Origin: Alphaproteobacteria bacterium
Lineage (GTDB): Bacteria > Pseudomonadota > Alphaproteobacteria > MPNO01 > UBA830
NCBI GenBank assembly: GCA_964291215.2
Contig: OZ219791.1
Span: forward strand, 640,001-704,000
Direction of reading: 5' to 3'
DNA length: 64,000 nucleotides
Shown: piece by piece, positions 1 to 11,461 of the stretch
Layout: each line of letters starts with the position of its first letter
Numbering within the stretch: the stretch's first letter is position 1
The notes under the pieces: generated by a model
The model's database searches: none
Seen by the model: the letters and a program-made list of their open reading frames with translations, nothing else
Told to the model about the DNA's origin: nothing
Made by a program: the position numbers and the translations under genes

Positions 1-608
1 CGCTGGTAGATCCGGGTCAGGCCGCCGGCCGCCAGCACTACGGCGGCGGCGGAAACTGCAACCGGTAATCCGTCGTCGAGGGCGAAGCCGACGGCCCCCG
101 CCGCAGCGCCGTCGGCGACCACGACATCGTTGATCGCGAGTCCGCTGATCCGCGTGATGGTCTCGCTGCGTGCGACCTGTGTGCGGAGGCACTTGGCGAC
201 CGCCGGGCCGGTGTTGAGGAAATCGACATAGACGCAGCGCGGGGCGCTGTGGCCGGGCGCGGTGACGCCGACGATCTTGCCGTCACGCTGCGCCCAGCCG
301 ACCTTCCAGCGGTCCATCTCGCGGATCCGCGTCACCGCCTCCTCGCAGAGGATGGCGGCAAGCGTTTCGTTGCAGAGCCCGCGGCCCGCCTCAAGCGTGT
401 CGCTGAGATGGTCCGTCCAGTGGTCGGGATGGTGCTCGCCGAGGGCGGCGGCGGTCGTCATCTGCGCCATGATGGTGGCGCCGCCGCGCCCGATCATGCT
501 CTTGTCGGCAAGGATGACGTTGGCGCCGTTGCGCGCCGCTGCGATCGCGGCGTACATGCCGGCGCCGCCGGCGCCGACCACAAGCACATCTGTCTCGAGA
601 TGAATCAT
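1..608 (-). CDS. FAD-binding oxidoreductase, SdhA/NadB-like flavoprotein (5' part; runs off the window start)
   Basis: Manual translation from ATG at 608: MIHLETDVLVVGAGGAGMYAAIAAARNGANVILADKS...GGATIMAQ (GxGxxG FAD motif), later VVLAAGG. Absent from the ORF track because it is incomplete. Confidence 0.8.
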   Translation of the reverse strand, partial: MIHLETDVLVVGAGGAGMYAAIAAARNGANVILADKSMIGRGGATIMAQMTTAAALGEHHPDHWTDHLSDTLEAGRGLCNETLAAILCEEAVTRIREMDRWKVGWAQRDGKIVGVTAPGHSAPRCVYVDFLNTGPAVAKCLRTQVARSETITRISGLAINDVVVADGAAAGAVGFALDDGLPVAVSAAAVVLAAGGLTRIYQ

Positions 609-982
609 GCGCGGGATCCGCTGGCGCGCGGGACCTCTGGTCCGGGCGCACGACACGACGGCCGCACACCGCGGCCGCAGGGGAAGCCGGAGTCGGCGCG
701 TGCCGCCGTCTCCGGGCTCGATCAACCGGTCCGGCCCGAAGGACCGCCCGAGACGCGTCTATAGCACAGGAGCATCGCGGTTCTCCAGCCGCGCCGTTGC
801 CGCAGCGGTGCACCAAGGCTTGAATCGCGCGGCGCGGCCGATAGATTAGCGTGTCCCTGCGGATGGTCCGCGGCTGCGTTCCGATGTCCTCCGGCCCGTG
901 CCGAGGCCGCTTCGTAGGGCGACCCTTGCCACCTTGACGCGGTTGCCGGCCGGCCTCCGCGGCTAGCAGGAAGCTTTGCGCC

Positions 983-2980
983 TTGTCAGATTCCTCCCCT
1001 TCCGCAGACATTGATCAGGGCCGCCTAGCCAACGCGGTCCGGGTGCTGTCGATGGATGCCGTGCAGGCCGCGAACAGCGGCCATCCCGGCATGCCGATGG
1101 GTGCGGCCGATATCGCGACCGTGCTGTTCACCCGCTATCTCCGCTTCGATCCGGCGGATCCCGACTGGCCGGACCGCGACCGTTTCGTGCTTTCGGCGGG
1201 GCATGGCTCGATGTTGCTCTATTCGCTCCTCCATCTTGCCGGCTATGCCGAGATGACAATCGAGGAGATCCGGAATTTCAGGCAGCTCGGGAGCCGCACG
1301 GCCGGACACCCGGAATACGGCCACGCCGGTGGCGTGGAGATCACCACCGGCCCGCTGGGGCAGGGGCTGGGCGCGGCAGTCGGCATGGCGGTCGCCGAGC
1401 GGTCAATGAATGCGCGTTTCGGCGACGGTCTCGTCGACCACCGGGTCTGGGTGCTTGCCTCGGACGGCGACCTCATGGAGGGCGTCAGCCACGAGGCGGC
1501 TTCGCTGGCCGGCCATCTCGGTCTTGACCGGCTGACGGTGTTCTACGACAACAATGCCATATCCATCGACGGCGGCACCGAACTCAGCCTCTCGGACGAC
1601 GCGGCAAAGCGTTTCGAGGCCTATGGCTGGGACGTCCGCCGCTGCGACGGGCATGACCCCGAAGCCATCGCCTTGGCGATCGACGCCGCGCTGTCGGCTT
1701 CCGCGCCGTCGCTGATAGCTTGCCGCACCACCATCGGCCATGGCGCGCCGACCAAGGCGGGCACGGCCGGATCCCACGGTGCTCCGCTGGGGGACGAGGA
1801 GATTGCCGGTGCCCGGGCGGCCCTGGGCTGGCCGCATGCGCCATTCGTCGTACCCGACGACATCCTGGCGGCATGGCGGCGCGCAGGACGCCGCGGCGCG
1901 GCGCTTCGCGAAGCTTGGGCAGAAAGATGCGCGGGCTCCGACCTTGGGACGGAATTCACGCGCGCGGTCTCGGGTGCGCTTCCCGAGGGCTGGGACAGCG
2001 CGATCCTTGAGCTCAAGCGCTCATTCTGCGACGAGAGCCCGTCGCTGGCGACACGGGCGTCGTCGGGCCGGGTGCTCGACGCTGTTGCGCCGGCGCTTCC
2101 CCATGTCATCGGCGGATCGGCGGACCTGACCGGGTCCAACAACACGTTGGCGGCGGGGATGCGCCTGGTTTCGCGTGAGGAACGCGGCGGCAATTACATA
2201 CACTACGGGGTGCGTGAGCACGGCATGGCGGCCGCGATGAACGGCATGGCGCTGCATGGCGGCGTGCTTCCCTACGCGGGCACGTTCCTGATCTTTTCCG
2301 ACTATCTGCGGCCCGCCGTACGCCTTGGTGCGCTGATGGGGCTGCAGGCGATCCATGTGCTGACCCACGACTCGATCGGTCTCGGGGAAGACGGGCCCAC
2401 CCACCAGCCGGTGGAGCATCTCGCCAGTCTGCGGGCAATGCCGGGGCTGCACGTCTTCCGGCCGGCCGACGCCGTGGAAGTTGCGGAATGCTGGCAGCTG
2501 GCGCTCGCGCGCCGTGAAGGCCCGTCGGTCCTCGCGCTGACGCGGCAGGGCGTACCGGCGTTGCGCAGGGAGTTTTCCGCGGCCAACCGCTGCCAGGAGG
2601 GAGCGTACGTCTTGGCCGAAGCCGGCGGTTCAGGCGCCCGGCGGGCGACACTGCTCGCGACCGGATCCGAGGTCGCGATTGCCGTCGAGGCGCGGGAGAT
2701 GCTCGAGGCCGACGGCATTCGGACCGCCGTCGTGTCCATGCCGTGCTGGGAGCTGTTCGAGCGCCGGGACGATGCGGACAGGGACGCGGTGCTCGGGCCC
2801 GGAACGGTCCGCGTCGCCGTCGAGGCGGCGGTGCGGCTGGGATGGGACCGCTGGATCGGCGCCGACGGTGGGTTCGTCGGCATGAACGGGTTCGGCGCCT
2901 CGGGGCCGGCAAAGGAACTCTATGCGCATTTCGGGATCACCGCGGCCGCGGTTGCGGCCGAAGTCAGGAAGCGGCTCTGA
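983..2980 (+). CDS. tkt: Transketolase
   Basis: [26 protein letters not shown] and GEDGPTHQP motifs; precedes gap-pgk. Confidence 0.97.
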   Translation: MSDSSPSADIDQGRLANAVRVLSMDAVQAANSGHPGMPMGAADIATVLFTRYLRFDPADPDWPDRDRFVLSAGHGSMLLYSLLHLAGYAEMTIEEIRNFRQLGSRTAGHPEYGHAGGVEITTGPLGQGLGAAVGMAVAERSMNARFGDGLVDHRVWVLASDGDLMEGVSHEAASLAGHLGLDRLTVFYDNNAISIDGGTELSLSDDAAKRFEAYGWDVRRCDGHDPEAIALAIDAALSASAPSLIACRTTIGHGAPTKAGTAGSHGAPLGDEEIAGARAALGWPHAPFVVPDDILAAWRRAGRRGAALREAWAERCAGSDLGTEFTRAVSGALPEGWDSAILELKRSFCDESPSLATRASSGRVLDAVAPALPHVIGGSADLTGSNNTLAAGMRLVSREERGGNYIHYGVREHGMAAAMNGMALHGGVLPYAGTFLIFSDYLRPAVRLGALMGLQAIHVLTHDSIGLGEDGPTHQPVEHLASLRAMPGLHVFRPADAVEVAECWQLALARREGPSVLALTRQGVPALRREFSAANRCQEGAYVLAEAGGSGARRATLLATGSEVAIAVEAREMLEADGIRTAVVSMPCWELFERRDDADRDAVLGPGTVRVAVEAAVRLGWDRWIGADGGFVGMNGFGASGPAKELYAHFGITAAAVAAEVRKRL

Positions 2981-3026
2981 CCGGACGGATGATGCGTTTC
3001 CGGGCTGCAATGAAAGGAAAGGGAAG

Positions 3027-4037
3027 ATGACGGTAAAGGTAGCAATCAACGGCTTCGGCCGCATCGGCCGGCTGACGCTGCGGGCGGCGCTCGAGGCCGG
3101 GCGGGAGGATCTCGAATTCGTCGCCATCAACGATCTCGGCTCTGTCGAAATGAATGCGCATCTTCTCCAGTACGACACGACGCACGGCCGCTTTTCCGGG
3201 AAGGTGAAGCGTACGAAGACCGGGCTTGACGCCGGCCGCGGCGTGATCAGGGTCCTTGCCGAACGGGATCCCGAGAAGCTGCCTTGGGGCGATCTCGGCA
3301 TCGATGTCGTGCTCGAATGCACCGGCCTGTTCACAAAACGCGAACAGGCTGAAAAGCACCTCGCGGCCGGAGCGAGGAGAGTGCTGATCTCGGCGCCGGC
3401 GACCGGCGAGGACCTGACGGTCGTGTACGGCGTTAACCACGACCGGCTCCGCAAGGCGCATACCATCGTGTCAAACGCGTCCTGCACCACGAATTGCCTC
3501 GCGCCGGTGGCGGCGGTGATGCACGATGCCATCGGCATCCGCCAAGGCTACATGACGACAGTGCATGCCTATACCGGTGACCAGCGCATCCTTGACACGC
3601 TGCACAGCGACCCACGCCGGGCGCGGTCCGCGGCCCGCTCCATGATTCCGACCTCGACCGGGGCGGCCAAGGCGGTCGGCCGCGTGCTGCCGGGACTGGA
3701 CGGAAAGCTCGACGGCACCGCGGTTCGCGTGCCGACGGCCAACGTGTCGATGATCGACTTCAAGTTCGTGCCCGGCCGCAAGACGACGGTCGAGGAAGTC
3801 AACGCTGCCGCCCGCAAGGCGGCGCGCAGCCGCCGCCTCAAGGGGATCTTGGAGATCAACGCGTTGCCGCTGGTGTCCGAGGACTTCAACCACGACCCCG
3901 CCTCGTCGGTGTTCGACGTGACCCAGACTCAGGTGATTGAGGGCAATCTCGTGCGTGTCCTGAGTTGGTACGACAACGAGTGGGGGTTCTCGAACCGCAT
4001 GCTTGACACGGCCGCGGCGATGGGGCGTCTCGGCTAG
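3027..4037 (+). CDS. gap: Glyceraldehyde-3-phosphate dehydrogenase, type I
   Basis: [15 protein letters not shown] start, [10 protein letters not shown] active site, WYDNEWGFS; ATG at 3027 follows a purine-rich RBS. Confidence 0.97.
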   Translation: MTVKVAINGFGRIGRLTLRAALEAGREDLEFVAINDLGSVEMNAHLLQYDTTHGRFSGKVKRTKTGLDAGRGVIRVLAERDPEKLPWGDLGIDVVLECTGLFTKREQAEKHLAAGARRVLISAPATGEDLTVVYGVNHDRLRKAHTIVSNASCTTNCLAPVAAVMHDAIGIRQGYMTTVHAYTGDQRILDTLHSDPRRARSAARSMIPTSTGAAKAVGRVLPGLDGKLDGTAVRVPTANVSMIDFKFVPGRKTTVEEVNAAARKAARSRRLKGILEINALPLVSEDFNHDPASSVFDVTQTQVIEGNLVRVLSWYDNEWGFSNRMLDTAAAMGRLG

Positions 4038-4082
4038 GCTGGCGCGGCGCCCGGACCTGCTGCGGCTACGGACGGCGGAAAG

Positions 4083-5273
4083 ATGCCTAGGCGCGCGCTC
4101 GACGATATCGCGGTGTCGGGCAAGCGGACCCTCCTGCGCGCCGACCTCAACGTTCCGGTCCGGGACGGGGCGGTTGCCGATTCAACCCGCATCGACAGGC
4201 TGGCGCCTACCATTCTGGAGCTGGCGGATGCGGGGGCGAAGGTGATCGTGGCTTCGCATTTCGGCCGGCCGGCCGGCCGGCCGGTTCCGGAGATGTCGCT
4301 GGCGCCCCTGGCCGCACTACTTTCGGCGGCGCTCGGGGGGAAGCCGGTGGCGTTCGTCGCTGCCACGGTCGGGCCGGAAGCGGAACGGGCGGTCGCTGCG
4401 GCGGAGCCTGGAGATGTCCTCCTTCTTGAGAATCTCCGCTTCCATCCCGGGGAGGAGGCGAACGATCCAGAGTTTGCAGGAAAGCTTGCGTCGCTCGCCG
4501 ACATCTATGTCAACGACGCCTTCTCGGCATCGCACCGGGCGCACGCCTCGGTCGTCGCCCTCGCGCACCTGCTGCCGGTGGCGGCGGGACGGCTGATGGA
4601 GGCGGAAATCGGCGCGCTCGAGGCGGCGCTCGACAATCCCGCTAGGCCGGCTGGCGCCATCGTCGGGGGGGCCAAGATCTCGACCAAGCTCGATCTTCTC
4701 GGCAACCTGACCGAACGGTTCGACATGCTAGCGATCGGCGGCGCCATGGCGAACACCTTTCTTCATGCGCTCGGCACCGATGTCGGCGCGTCGTTCTGCG
4801 AGCGCGCCATGGCGGACACCGCGCGGTCCGTGCTGGCACGGGCCGACGCTTCGGGATGTGAGATCGTGCTGCCGTCCGATGTTGTCGTTGCCCCGGAACT
4901 CGCCGATGGCGTTCCCTCGGAGGTGGTGCCGGCCGGCGGCGTGCCTTCGGGGATGATGATCCTCGATATCGGCCCCGGCAGCGCCAACGCTCTTGCGGTC
5001 CGGCTGGGCAGCCTGAAGACGCTGATATGGAACGGCCCCCTGGGCGCGTTCGAGACACCACCCTTTGAGGCCGGGACGATGCAGGTTGCGCGCATTGCCG
5101 CCGATCTCACGCGGCACGGCCGGCTGCACAGCGTGGCTGGGGGCGGCGACACCGTGGCCGCGCTCTCCGCCGCCGGTGTCCTCGACGAGCTCTCCTACGT
5201 GTCGACCGCCGGGGGCGCCTTCCTGGAATGGCTTGAGGGCAAGACGCTGCCCGGGGTGGCGGCGCTGGAGTGA
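4083..5273 (+). CDS. pgk: Phosphoglycerate kinase
   Basis: RADLNVP, SHFGRP, LLENLRFHPGEE, VAGGGDT, STAGGAFLEWLEG motifs. Confidence 0.97.
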   Translation: MPRRALDDIAVSGKRTLLRADLNVPVRDGAVADSTRIDRLAPTILELADAGAKVIVASHFGRPAGRPVPEMSLAPLAALLSAALGGKPVAFVAATVGPEAERAVAAAEPGDVLLLENLRFHPGEEANDPEFAGKLASLADIYVNDAFSASHRAHASVVALAHLLPVAAGRLMEAEIGALEAALDNPARPAGAIVGGAKISTKLDLLGNLTERFDMLAIGGAMANTFLHALGTDVGASFCERAMADTARSVLARADASGCEIVLPSDVVVAPELADGVPSEVVPAGGVPSGMMILDIGPGSANALAVRLGSLKTLIWNGPLGAFETPPFEAGTMQVARIAADLTRHGRLHSVAGGGDTVAALSAAGVLDELSYVSTAGGAFLEWLEGKTLPGVAALE

Positions 5274-5279
5274 GACCGG

Positions 5280-6416
5280 CCTTTCATCCCAACACCGTTA
5301 ACTCTTGGTTCATGAGGCCTTATATAGTGGCCCATGAGAATTGGCTTTTGACATCTGTCCGCGACGACGGTTGATTGGCTGAAGGCGGCGTCGGGGGTGA
5401 GAGTCTCATATGGCACAGTTGCAGGCTCAGTACCATTTGTTCATCTCATGCGGCCAGTGCCGAGGTGTGATTTGGGCTGATGTTGTCGTTGGCTGGTGCG
5501 TCGTCTGCACCGATCATGGCCGTCCACGCGCTCTCGAAGCGGCCGGATTCGAGCAGGGCGCGGAAGGTGATTGTCCGCCGACGATGCGCCAGTGCATGCC
5601 GGAGCGTTTCATGCGCTGTGTGACGAGGGTCTTGTTTGCCGCCTCGACAATTCCCGAGCCGGTTGCTTCAGCGCGTGGTAGCGCATTCGGTGGCGATGCT
5701 TGCGGAAGAAGGACAGTTCCCTGTCGACATCGGCCCGTTGGCTCCGCGGTGTCGCGAAGGTGGCGCAGCGCCCGGATCACCTGTCGATGCCGCGGGGGTC
5801 GTGGCAAAATCCTGTCCTGAAACGGGCGATTGTCACGAAAATCCGTTTTTGCCGCTGCCTCGCGACCGCACAACCATGTTAAGTCAATGACCTGGATGCG
5901 CCATACGAGAACTGCACCCCCTGCACCACCGGCCAGCACGGCTGACACGCGATGTCGGCGCGGGTTGCCAGATCGCGTTGCAGACCCGTCCCCACAGGCC
6001 GGAAAGTGGGGCTGAAGCCGAAGACCAATCGGAGCCCGCACATCCGGTCATCGGCAGCGAGCGAGGGAAGGTGGCAAGAGAAGATGCCTGACCCGAACGC
6101 CGTCAGGAAAAACAATTCGTGATCAGTAGGGGTGCACGACGATCTCACGCTGCTAATCCAGCGGCGACCGGTGAGATTTTTCGGTCTGCGTCGCGCTGCA
6201 ATCGTGCCGCCAAGGCTCAATGAGACCTTCTCGGCGCGAAAAATTGCGATCAAGAGGCGATCTGTGATGACGCGAGCCCCAACGCACTCGGATTTCGCGT
6301 CTCGGAATCAGCATAGGATCACCGTGGTAGGAGTGAGTAGATACTCGAAATCTACCGAAAAATGCGGACACTCGATATGCTGGAATCAATGGAGTTAACA
6401 GTGTCAGGTTGAAAGG
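5280..6416 (+). mobile_element. Relic of the DUF4338-IS4 element (both ends kept, interior replaced)
   Basis: 5280-5392 matches the left end at 16263 and 20874; ~6352-6416 matches the right end at ~18325-18382. Flanks agaccgg / aggccgg resemble a target duplication. Confidence 0.75.
5399..5805 (-). mobile_element. ISKra4/ISLre2-like transposase 3' relic
   Basis: Encodes GSGIVEAANKTLVTQRMKRSGMHW; closely matches 41085-41500. Confidence 0.75.
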
Positions 6417-6459
6417 AGGCCGGCGGTGCGGCGTCCGCCGCGCCGCGTGTCAGAGGATC

Positions 6460-7194
6460 TCAACTACGGGCGTTTTCGTCGATGAAGGCGTCGATTTCCG
6501 TCGGGGTCATCGCGTTGCGGAACATTTCAGCGCGCATGCGGACCCGTTGCATGCTGATGGCGCGGATGGCGTTGGTCATGTGCGCAATGTCCTCGTCCGA
6601 GGAAATCAGCCCGACGCAGGCCTTGGCCTGTTCTGCGTAGTGGTCCTTTTCGTCGTCATAGATGATCTGCATGGCCTTCGCGGTCATGTCGTTGACGACG
6701 GATCCCGAGAGCCTGGCGCCTTCCCGGAACAGCCGCGCACCGCCACCCTCGGTAAAGCCGACTGCGGCCCGGGTCAGCTCATCGCCGCCGTCGACGTAGC
6801 TCCGCCTCAATTCACCGAGCTCCCTTTCTTCTGGCAGCCGGACCGTGTCTTCGGGCGCGATCCTGCGGCCCACGAGATGTTCGAAAATATCCGCAAGAAG
6901 CACGTAGTGATTGAACTCCTGGGTCAGCTGCATGAGCAGGAAATGGTAGTCGTGGCGGTCGATGGACCTGTCGATTTCCGGGAAGCGGTCGGCGAGTTCC
7001 TTCAGCTCCCTGTGCAGCCCGTTGAAATAGCCGTCGACGGGATTGAGCTCCTTCCAGAGCTGCGCCCGCAGATAGAACACGTGGTCCTCATCGGTGGCCC
7101 CGGCGAAGAAGCGCCTGGCGATCTCGCCCTCGCACTCCCAATAGGGCCAGGCCGTGTCGACAAGTGTCTGTTCGATGTCGGCAGTCATCACCAT
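6460..7194 (-). CDS. Ferritin-like domain protein
   Basis: 244-aa ORF with two ExxH motifs (EFNH, EKDH); aggag RBS upstream. Confidence 0.6.
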   Translation of the reverse strand: MVMTADIEQTLVDTAWPYWECEGEIARRFFAGATDEDHVFYLRAQLWKELNPVDGYFNGLHRELKELADRFPEIDRSIDRHDYHFLLMQLTQEFNHYVLLADIFEHLVGRRIAPEDTVRLPEERELGELRRSYVDGGDELTRAAVGFTEGGGARLFREGARLSGSVVNDMTAKAMQIIYDDEKDHYAEQAKACVGLISSDEDIAHMTNAIRAISMQRVRMRAEMFRNAMTPTEIDAFIDENARS

Positions 7195-7535
7195 CTCCTG
7201 TTGCGTTCGACCGCCGGCATTATAAGGGGATTGGTCGGCAGCCGGCAGATCCCGCGGCGGAATTCCGCTGCGGCCTCGCGATTGTGGCGATCGTCCCTGC
7301 TTCGGCGCTATCCGCTGGAATTCATGGCGACGAAAACAATTTGCCGGCCGGGTTGATTTCTTGTCCCTGGGCCTCTATTTTTGCTCGATCGACAGGAGAC
7401 GACGCGGCATAGTGCGCCCTTCATACTTGCCGTTACACGTCAGACCGCCTCTCCATTTGCGAAGGCTGTTCACTGTCCGGCCTCCGCGACTTTTGTAGCA
7501 CCTCTCCCCCCTCTCTTCACCATTCGGCTGAAGTC

Positions 7536-8792
7536 ATGAATTTGCAGGAACTGAAACAGAAGGCACCCGCGGACCTGGTTGCGGAAGCCGAGGAACTCAA
7601 GATCGAGAACGCGTCAAACCTGCGCAAACAGGACATTATGTTTGCAATCCTCAAGCAGGTTGCCGAGAACGGGGACGCCATCTCAGGCATCGGGGTTCTC
7701 GAGATTCTCCAGGACGGGTTTGGCTTTCTCCGTTCCCCCGAGGCCAACTACCTGCCGGGGCCGGATGACATCTATGTTTCGCCGAGCCAGATCAGGCGCT
7801 TCGGGTTGCGCACCGGCGACACCGTTGAGGGGGAGATCCGCGCGCCGAAGGACGGAGAACGGTACTTCGCGCTGCTCAAGGTCGGCAGGATCAATTTCGA
7901 CGAGCCGGAGAAGGTTCGCTACCGGATCAATTTCGACAACCTGACGCCGCTCTATCCCGACGAGAAACTCGAGCTGGCGCCTTCGAATCCGGTGTTAACC
8001 GACATGACTCCGCGCGTGGTCGACCTCATATGTCCGCTGGGCAAGGGGCAGCGTGCGCTGATCGTGGCGCCGCCGCGCACTGGCAAGACGATGATGCTGC
8101 AGTCGATCGCCGCGGCGATCACCTCCAGCCATCCCGAGGTCTATCTCATCGTGCTGCTGATAGACGAGCGGCCCGAGGAGGTCACCGACATGCAAAGGTC
8201 GGTCAACGGCGAGGTCATCAGTTCGACGTTCGACGAACCGGCATCGCGTCATGTCCAGGTGTCTGAAATGGTGATCGAAAAGGCCAAGCGGCTCGTCGAG
8301 CACAAACGCGATGTCGTCATTCTTCTCGATTCGATCACGCGTCTTGCGCGTGCCTACAACACGGTCGTGCCGTCGTCGGGCAAGGTGCTGACCGGCGGTG
8401 TCGATGCCAACGCGCTGCAGCGCCCGAAGCGTTTCTTCGGAGCGGCCAGGAACATCGAGGAAGGCGGATCGCTGACCATCATCGGCACCGCGCTCGTCGA
8501 TACCGGCTCGCGCATGGACGAGGTCATTTTCGAGGAATTCAAGGGGACCGGCAATTCGGAAATCATCCTTGACCGCAAGCTTTCTGACAAGCGCACCTTT
8601 CCCGCCATGGACATCACCAAGTCCGGTACGCGCAAGGAAGAGCTCCTCGTCGAAAAGAACATCCTTTCCAAGATGTGGGTCCTGCGCCGCATTCTCACGC
8701 CGATGGGCGTGGTGGACGCGATGGAATTCCTGCTCGACAAGCTCAAGGGCACCAAGTCGAACGACGAGTTCTTTGCATCGATGAATCAGTAA
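7536..8792 (+). CDS. rho: Transcription termination factor Rho
   Basis: [50 protein letters not shown]. Confidence 0.98.
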   Translation: MNLQELKQKAPADLVAEAEELKIENASNLRKQDIMFAILKQVAENGDAISGIGVLEILQDGFGFLRSPEANYLPGPDDIYVSPSQIRRFGLRTGDTVEGEIRAPKDGERYFALLKVGRINFDEPEKVRYRINFDNLTPLYPDEKLELAPSNPVLTDMTPRVVDLICPLGKGQRALIVAPPRTGKTMMLQSIAAAITSSHPEVYLIVLLIDERPEEVTDMQRSVNGEVISSTFDEPASRHVQVSEMVIEKAKRLVEHKRDVVILLDSITRLARAYNTVVPSSGKVLTGGVDANALQRPKRFFGAARNIEEGGSLTIIGTALVDTGSRMDEVIFEEFKGTGNSEIILDRKLSDKRTFPAMDITKSGTRKEELLVEKNILSKMWVLRRILTPMGVVDAMEFLLDKLKGTKSNDEFFASMNQ

Positions 8793-9131
8793 GGGACTCC
8801 AGCTCCGCTATGGGCGGCTGCAACGGATAGCGCCCGGAGCCTGAGCAAACACCGATCGACCCCCTGACAGAACAGCCTGTTTGACATCGTGGAGGGGAAG
8901 TCGTGATTTGCGGTCGACGCCAGTCCCGGCTTGATCTCTACCGCCAGGGAACTGCTTCCGGGATTCGGCGTGCGCCTCGACGGTTTCGGGACGGGTTTCG
9001 CACCTCAACCCATGGCTTTTCGGTGTTGGCGCACATTCCATAGCGCTTGCCGACGCTGCCTTGCTGTTCGTGCCCCTGCGAGCGGGCAGACAGCCGCGAA
9101 GTCGGTATTCTTCACCGGCGATGAGCCGGAG

Positions 9132-10106
9132 TTACGGCTCCAGAACGATCGATCCCATCGTCTTCCGTCCGGCCAGATCGCGATGTGCGCGGGCGGCTTC
9201 GCGTAGCGAATACTTGTGATTGACCTGGATCTTGACGGCACCGGACTTGATGACCTTGATGACGTCATTGGCCATCTTCTTGGTCTCCTCCGGCGAGTTG
9301 GCGAAGTGGAACAGCGTCGGCCGGGTCATTAGGAGCGAGCCTTTCTGCGCGAGGATCGACGGGTCCATCGGCGGGATCGGGCCGGAAGCGTTACCGAACG
9401 AAACGAACAACCCGCGAGGCCTCAGGCAGTCAAGCGACGCGGGCCATGTCGCCTTGCCAATGGAATCGTAGACCACCGGCAGCATCTCGCCCTTGGTTAC
9501 CTTGCGCACCCGGTTCACGAAGTTCTCACGCGTGTAGATGATCGGGTAATCGCAGCCGTTGGCCTTGGCGAGGCGCGCCTTTGCCGGCGAACCGACGGTG
9601 CCGATGACGGTGGCACCGAGGTGCTTCGCCCACTGGCAGAGAATGAGGCCGACGCCGCCGGCGGCGGCATGGATGAGAATGGTGTCCTTGGCCGACACCT
9701 TGTAGATGCTGCGGATCAGGTACCGGACCGTCATTCCCTGTAGCATCATCGAGGCCGCGATGTCGCTCGGGATGTCGCGGGGAACCTTGACGAGCTTGCC
9801 GGCGTCGATGTTGACGGCTTCGGCGTAGCAGCCGCTTCCTGCAGTGCCCGTTGCGACACGGTCTCCGATCCTCAATCCGGACACACCCGATCCCACTGCC
9901 TCTATCTCTCCGCACATCTCTCCGCCGGGGGTGAACGGCGTCTGCATCGGATAGAGGCCCGAGCGCTGGTAGATGTCGATATAGTTCACCCCGATCGACT
10001 GGGTCCGCACCGTCACCATGTTCTTGCCCGGGCGCGCGATGTCGACATCGCGCCATTTCATGGCCGACGGTGGGCCGGGTTTGTCAACCACGATTGCTTT
10101 TGGCAT
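9132..10106 (-). CDS. qor: NADPH:quinone oxidoreductase (zeta-crystallin/MDR family)
   Basis: IGVNYIDIYQRSGLY, HAAAGGVG, VVYDSIG, SFGNASG. Confidence 0.9.
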   Translation of the reverse strand: MPKAIVVDKPGPPSAMKWRDVDIARPGKNMVTVRTQSIGVNYIDIYQRSGLYPMQTPFTPGGEMCGEIEAVGSGVSGLRIGDRVATGTAGSGCYAEAVNIDAGKLVKVPRDIPSDIAASMMLQGMTVRYLIRSIYKVSAKDTILIHAAAGGVGLILCQWAKHLGATVIGTVGSPAKARLAKANGCDYPIIYTRENFVNRVRKVTKGEMLPVVYDSIGKATWPASLDCLRPRGLFVSFGNASGPIPPMDPSILAQKGSLLMTRPTLFHFANSPEETKKMANDVIKVIKSGAVKIQVNHKYSLREAARAHRDLAGRKTMGSIVLEP

Positions 10107-10160
10107 AGCAGAGTCCTTCTCAGTGGCAGCGCCTTGCGGGGCTGCCTGCAGAGGGCGGCG

Positions 10161-10865
10161 TCAGGCGAGCGTATTCCTGAACAGTTTGGCCGTCCTCGAA
10201 TTGGCGGTCGCGGCAGCATCTTGGTCGTAGTGTTCACCGCCGGCGCGGGCAAATGCGTGATTGACGCCGGGATAGGAATAGACCGTCACCTTCGGGTTGT
10301 CGCCGAGCGCCGACCTGATCTTTTCCTGAGCTTCGGGCGGGCAGTAGTCATCGCCCTCGGCGAGGTGCAGAATGAGCGGATTGCGGATGCTGGACGCGGC
10401 ATCGAGCAAGTTTTCTATCTGGACCGGGTAGTATCCCGAAGCGGCATCAGCGTCGGTGTAACAGGCGGTCGCATAGGCGAGGCTGCCCCCCAGGCAGTAA
10501 CCGGCTGCCCCGACCTTGCCCGTGCAGCCGTCGAGGCCGCGGACGGCGGAAATGGTGGCTTGGATGTCGGCCACGCCCTGTTCGAAAATGGGCAGGAACG
10601 CGTTCATCAACTCGAAGGCGCGATCCCATTCGGCCTGGGTCTTGTCGGTCAGCTCGACACCCGGCTCGATGCGCCAGAAAAGGTCCGGACAGACGGCGAT
10701 GTAACCTTCGTCGGCATAGGCGTTGCAGACTTCGCGCAGGAACTGATTAACTCCGAAGATTTCCTGAAGGATCACGACTCCCGGCCCGCTTCCTCCCGCG
10801 GGGGTCGCGCAATAGGCCGTGAAGGTCCCGCTGCCGTCGGTTGCCTCGATGGTCAGATCAGCCAT
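10161..10865 (-). CDS. Dienelactone hydrolase family protein
   Basis: QEIFGVN, GYCLGG nucleophile motif, YPGVNHAF. Confidence 0.92.
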   Translation of the reverse strand: MADLTIEATDGSGTFTAYCATPAGGSGPGVVILQEIFGVNQFLREVCNAYADEGYIAVCPDLFWRIEPGVELTDKTQAEWDRAFELMNAFLPIFEQGVADIQATISAVRGLDGCTGKVGAAGYCLGGSLAYATACYTDADAASGYYPVQIENLLDAASSIRNPLILHLAEGDDYCPPEAQEKIRSALGDNPKVTVYSYPGVNHAFARAGGEHYDQDAAATANSRTAKLFRNTLA

Positions 10866-11014
10866 GAATTTCCTCCGTCATTTTCGGAATCGCGCGGATT
10901 CTCGCTCGCCATAGCCGCTTACGTTGCAGCAAAGCGTACCAGAAATGTCGAATATAACAGTCAGATAACGGCTTGTCATGCGCTGGCGCCAAAAAAAGCC
11001 GGCAGCATGCGATT

Positions 11015-11458
11015 TCAGGCCGGCCTCTCCAGTGCAAGGAGGAATGTCTTGGTTCGCAAGCCGCCATGACCGGAATATCCGCCGTTTCCGCCGCGCGCCA
11101 CGACCCGGTGGCAAGGCACGATTACCGGAATCGGGTTGGCGCGGCAGGCCCCGCCCACGGCGCGCGCCGAACTGCCGAGCCTTTGCGCGAGTGCCCCGTA
11201 TGTCGCGGTTTCGCCATACGGGATGGCGGACATCGCTTGCCACACGCGCTTCCCGAAATCGCTGCCCTCGGGTTTCAGGGGAAGGTCGAAGCGGGTCAGT
11301 TCGCCGGCGAAATACTTGCCGAGTTGCTGCGACGCCTCATGGAGAAGCAGCGTTGGCGCGTCATCGGCGGCGTCATCCCACCCCAGCCGGACAATGTGGC
11401 CCCTGTCTTCACAAATCGTAAGCGGGCCGAGCGGCGAGATGGTATTCAGCACAGCCAC
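11015..11458 (-). CDS. ogt: Methylated-DNA--protein-cysteine methyltransferase
   Basis: IPYGETATYG, RAVGGAC, PCHRV active site. Confidence 0.92.
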   Translation of the reverse strand: MAVLNTISPLGPLTICEDRGHIVRLGWDDAADDAPTLLLHEASQQLGKYFAGELTRFDLPLKPEGSDFGKRVWQAMSAIPYGETATYGALAQRLGSSARAVGGACRANPIPVIVPCHRVVARGGNGGYSGHGGLRTKTFLLALERPA

Positions 11459-11461
11459 CGG

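Noticed and set aside
5806-6350. Unassigned sequence inside the first IS4 relic
   Set aside because: No recognisable motif, repeat partner or credible ORF; probably debris.
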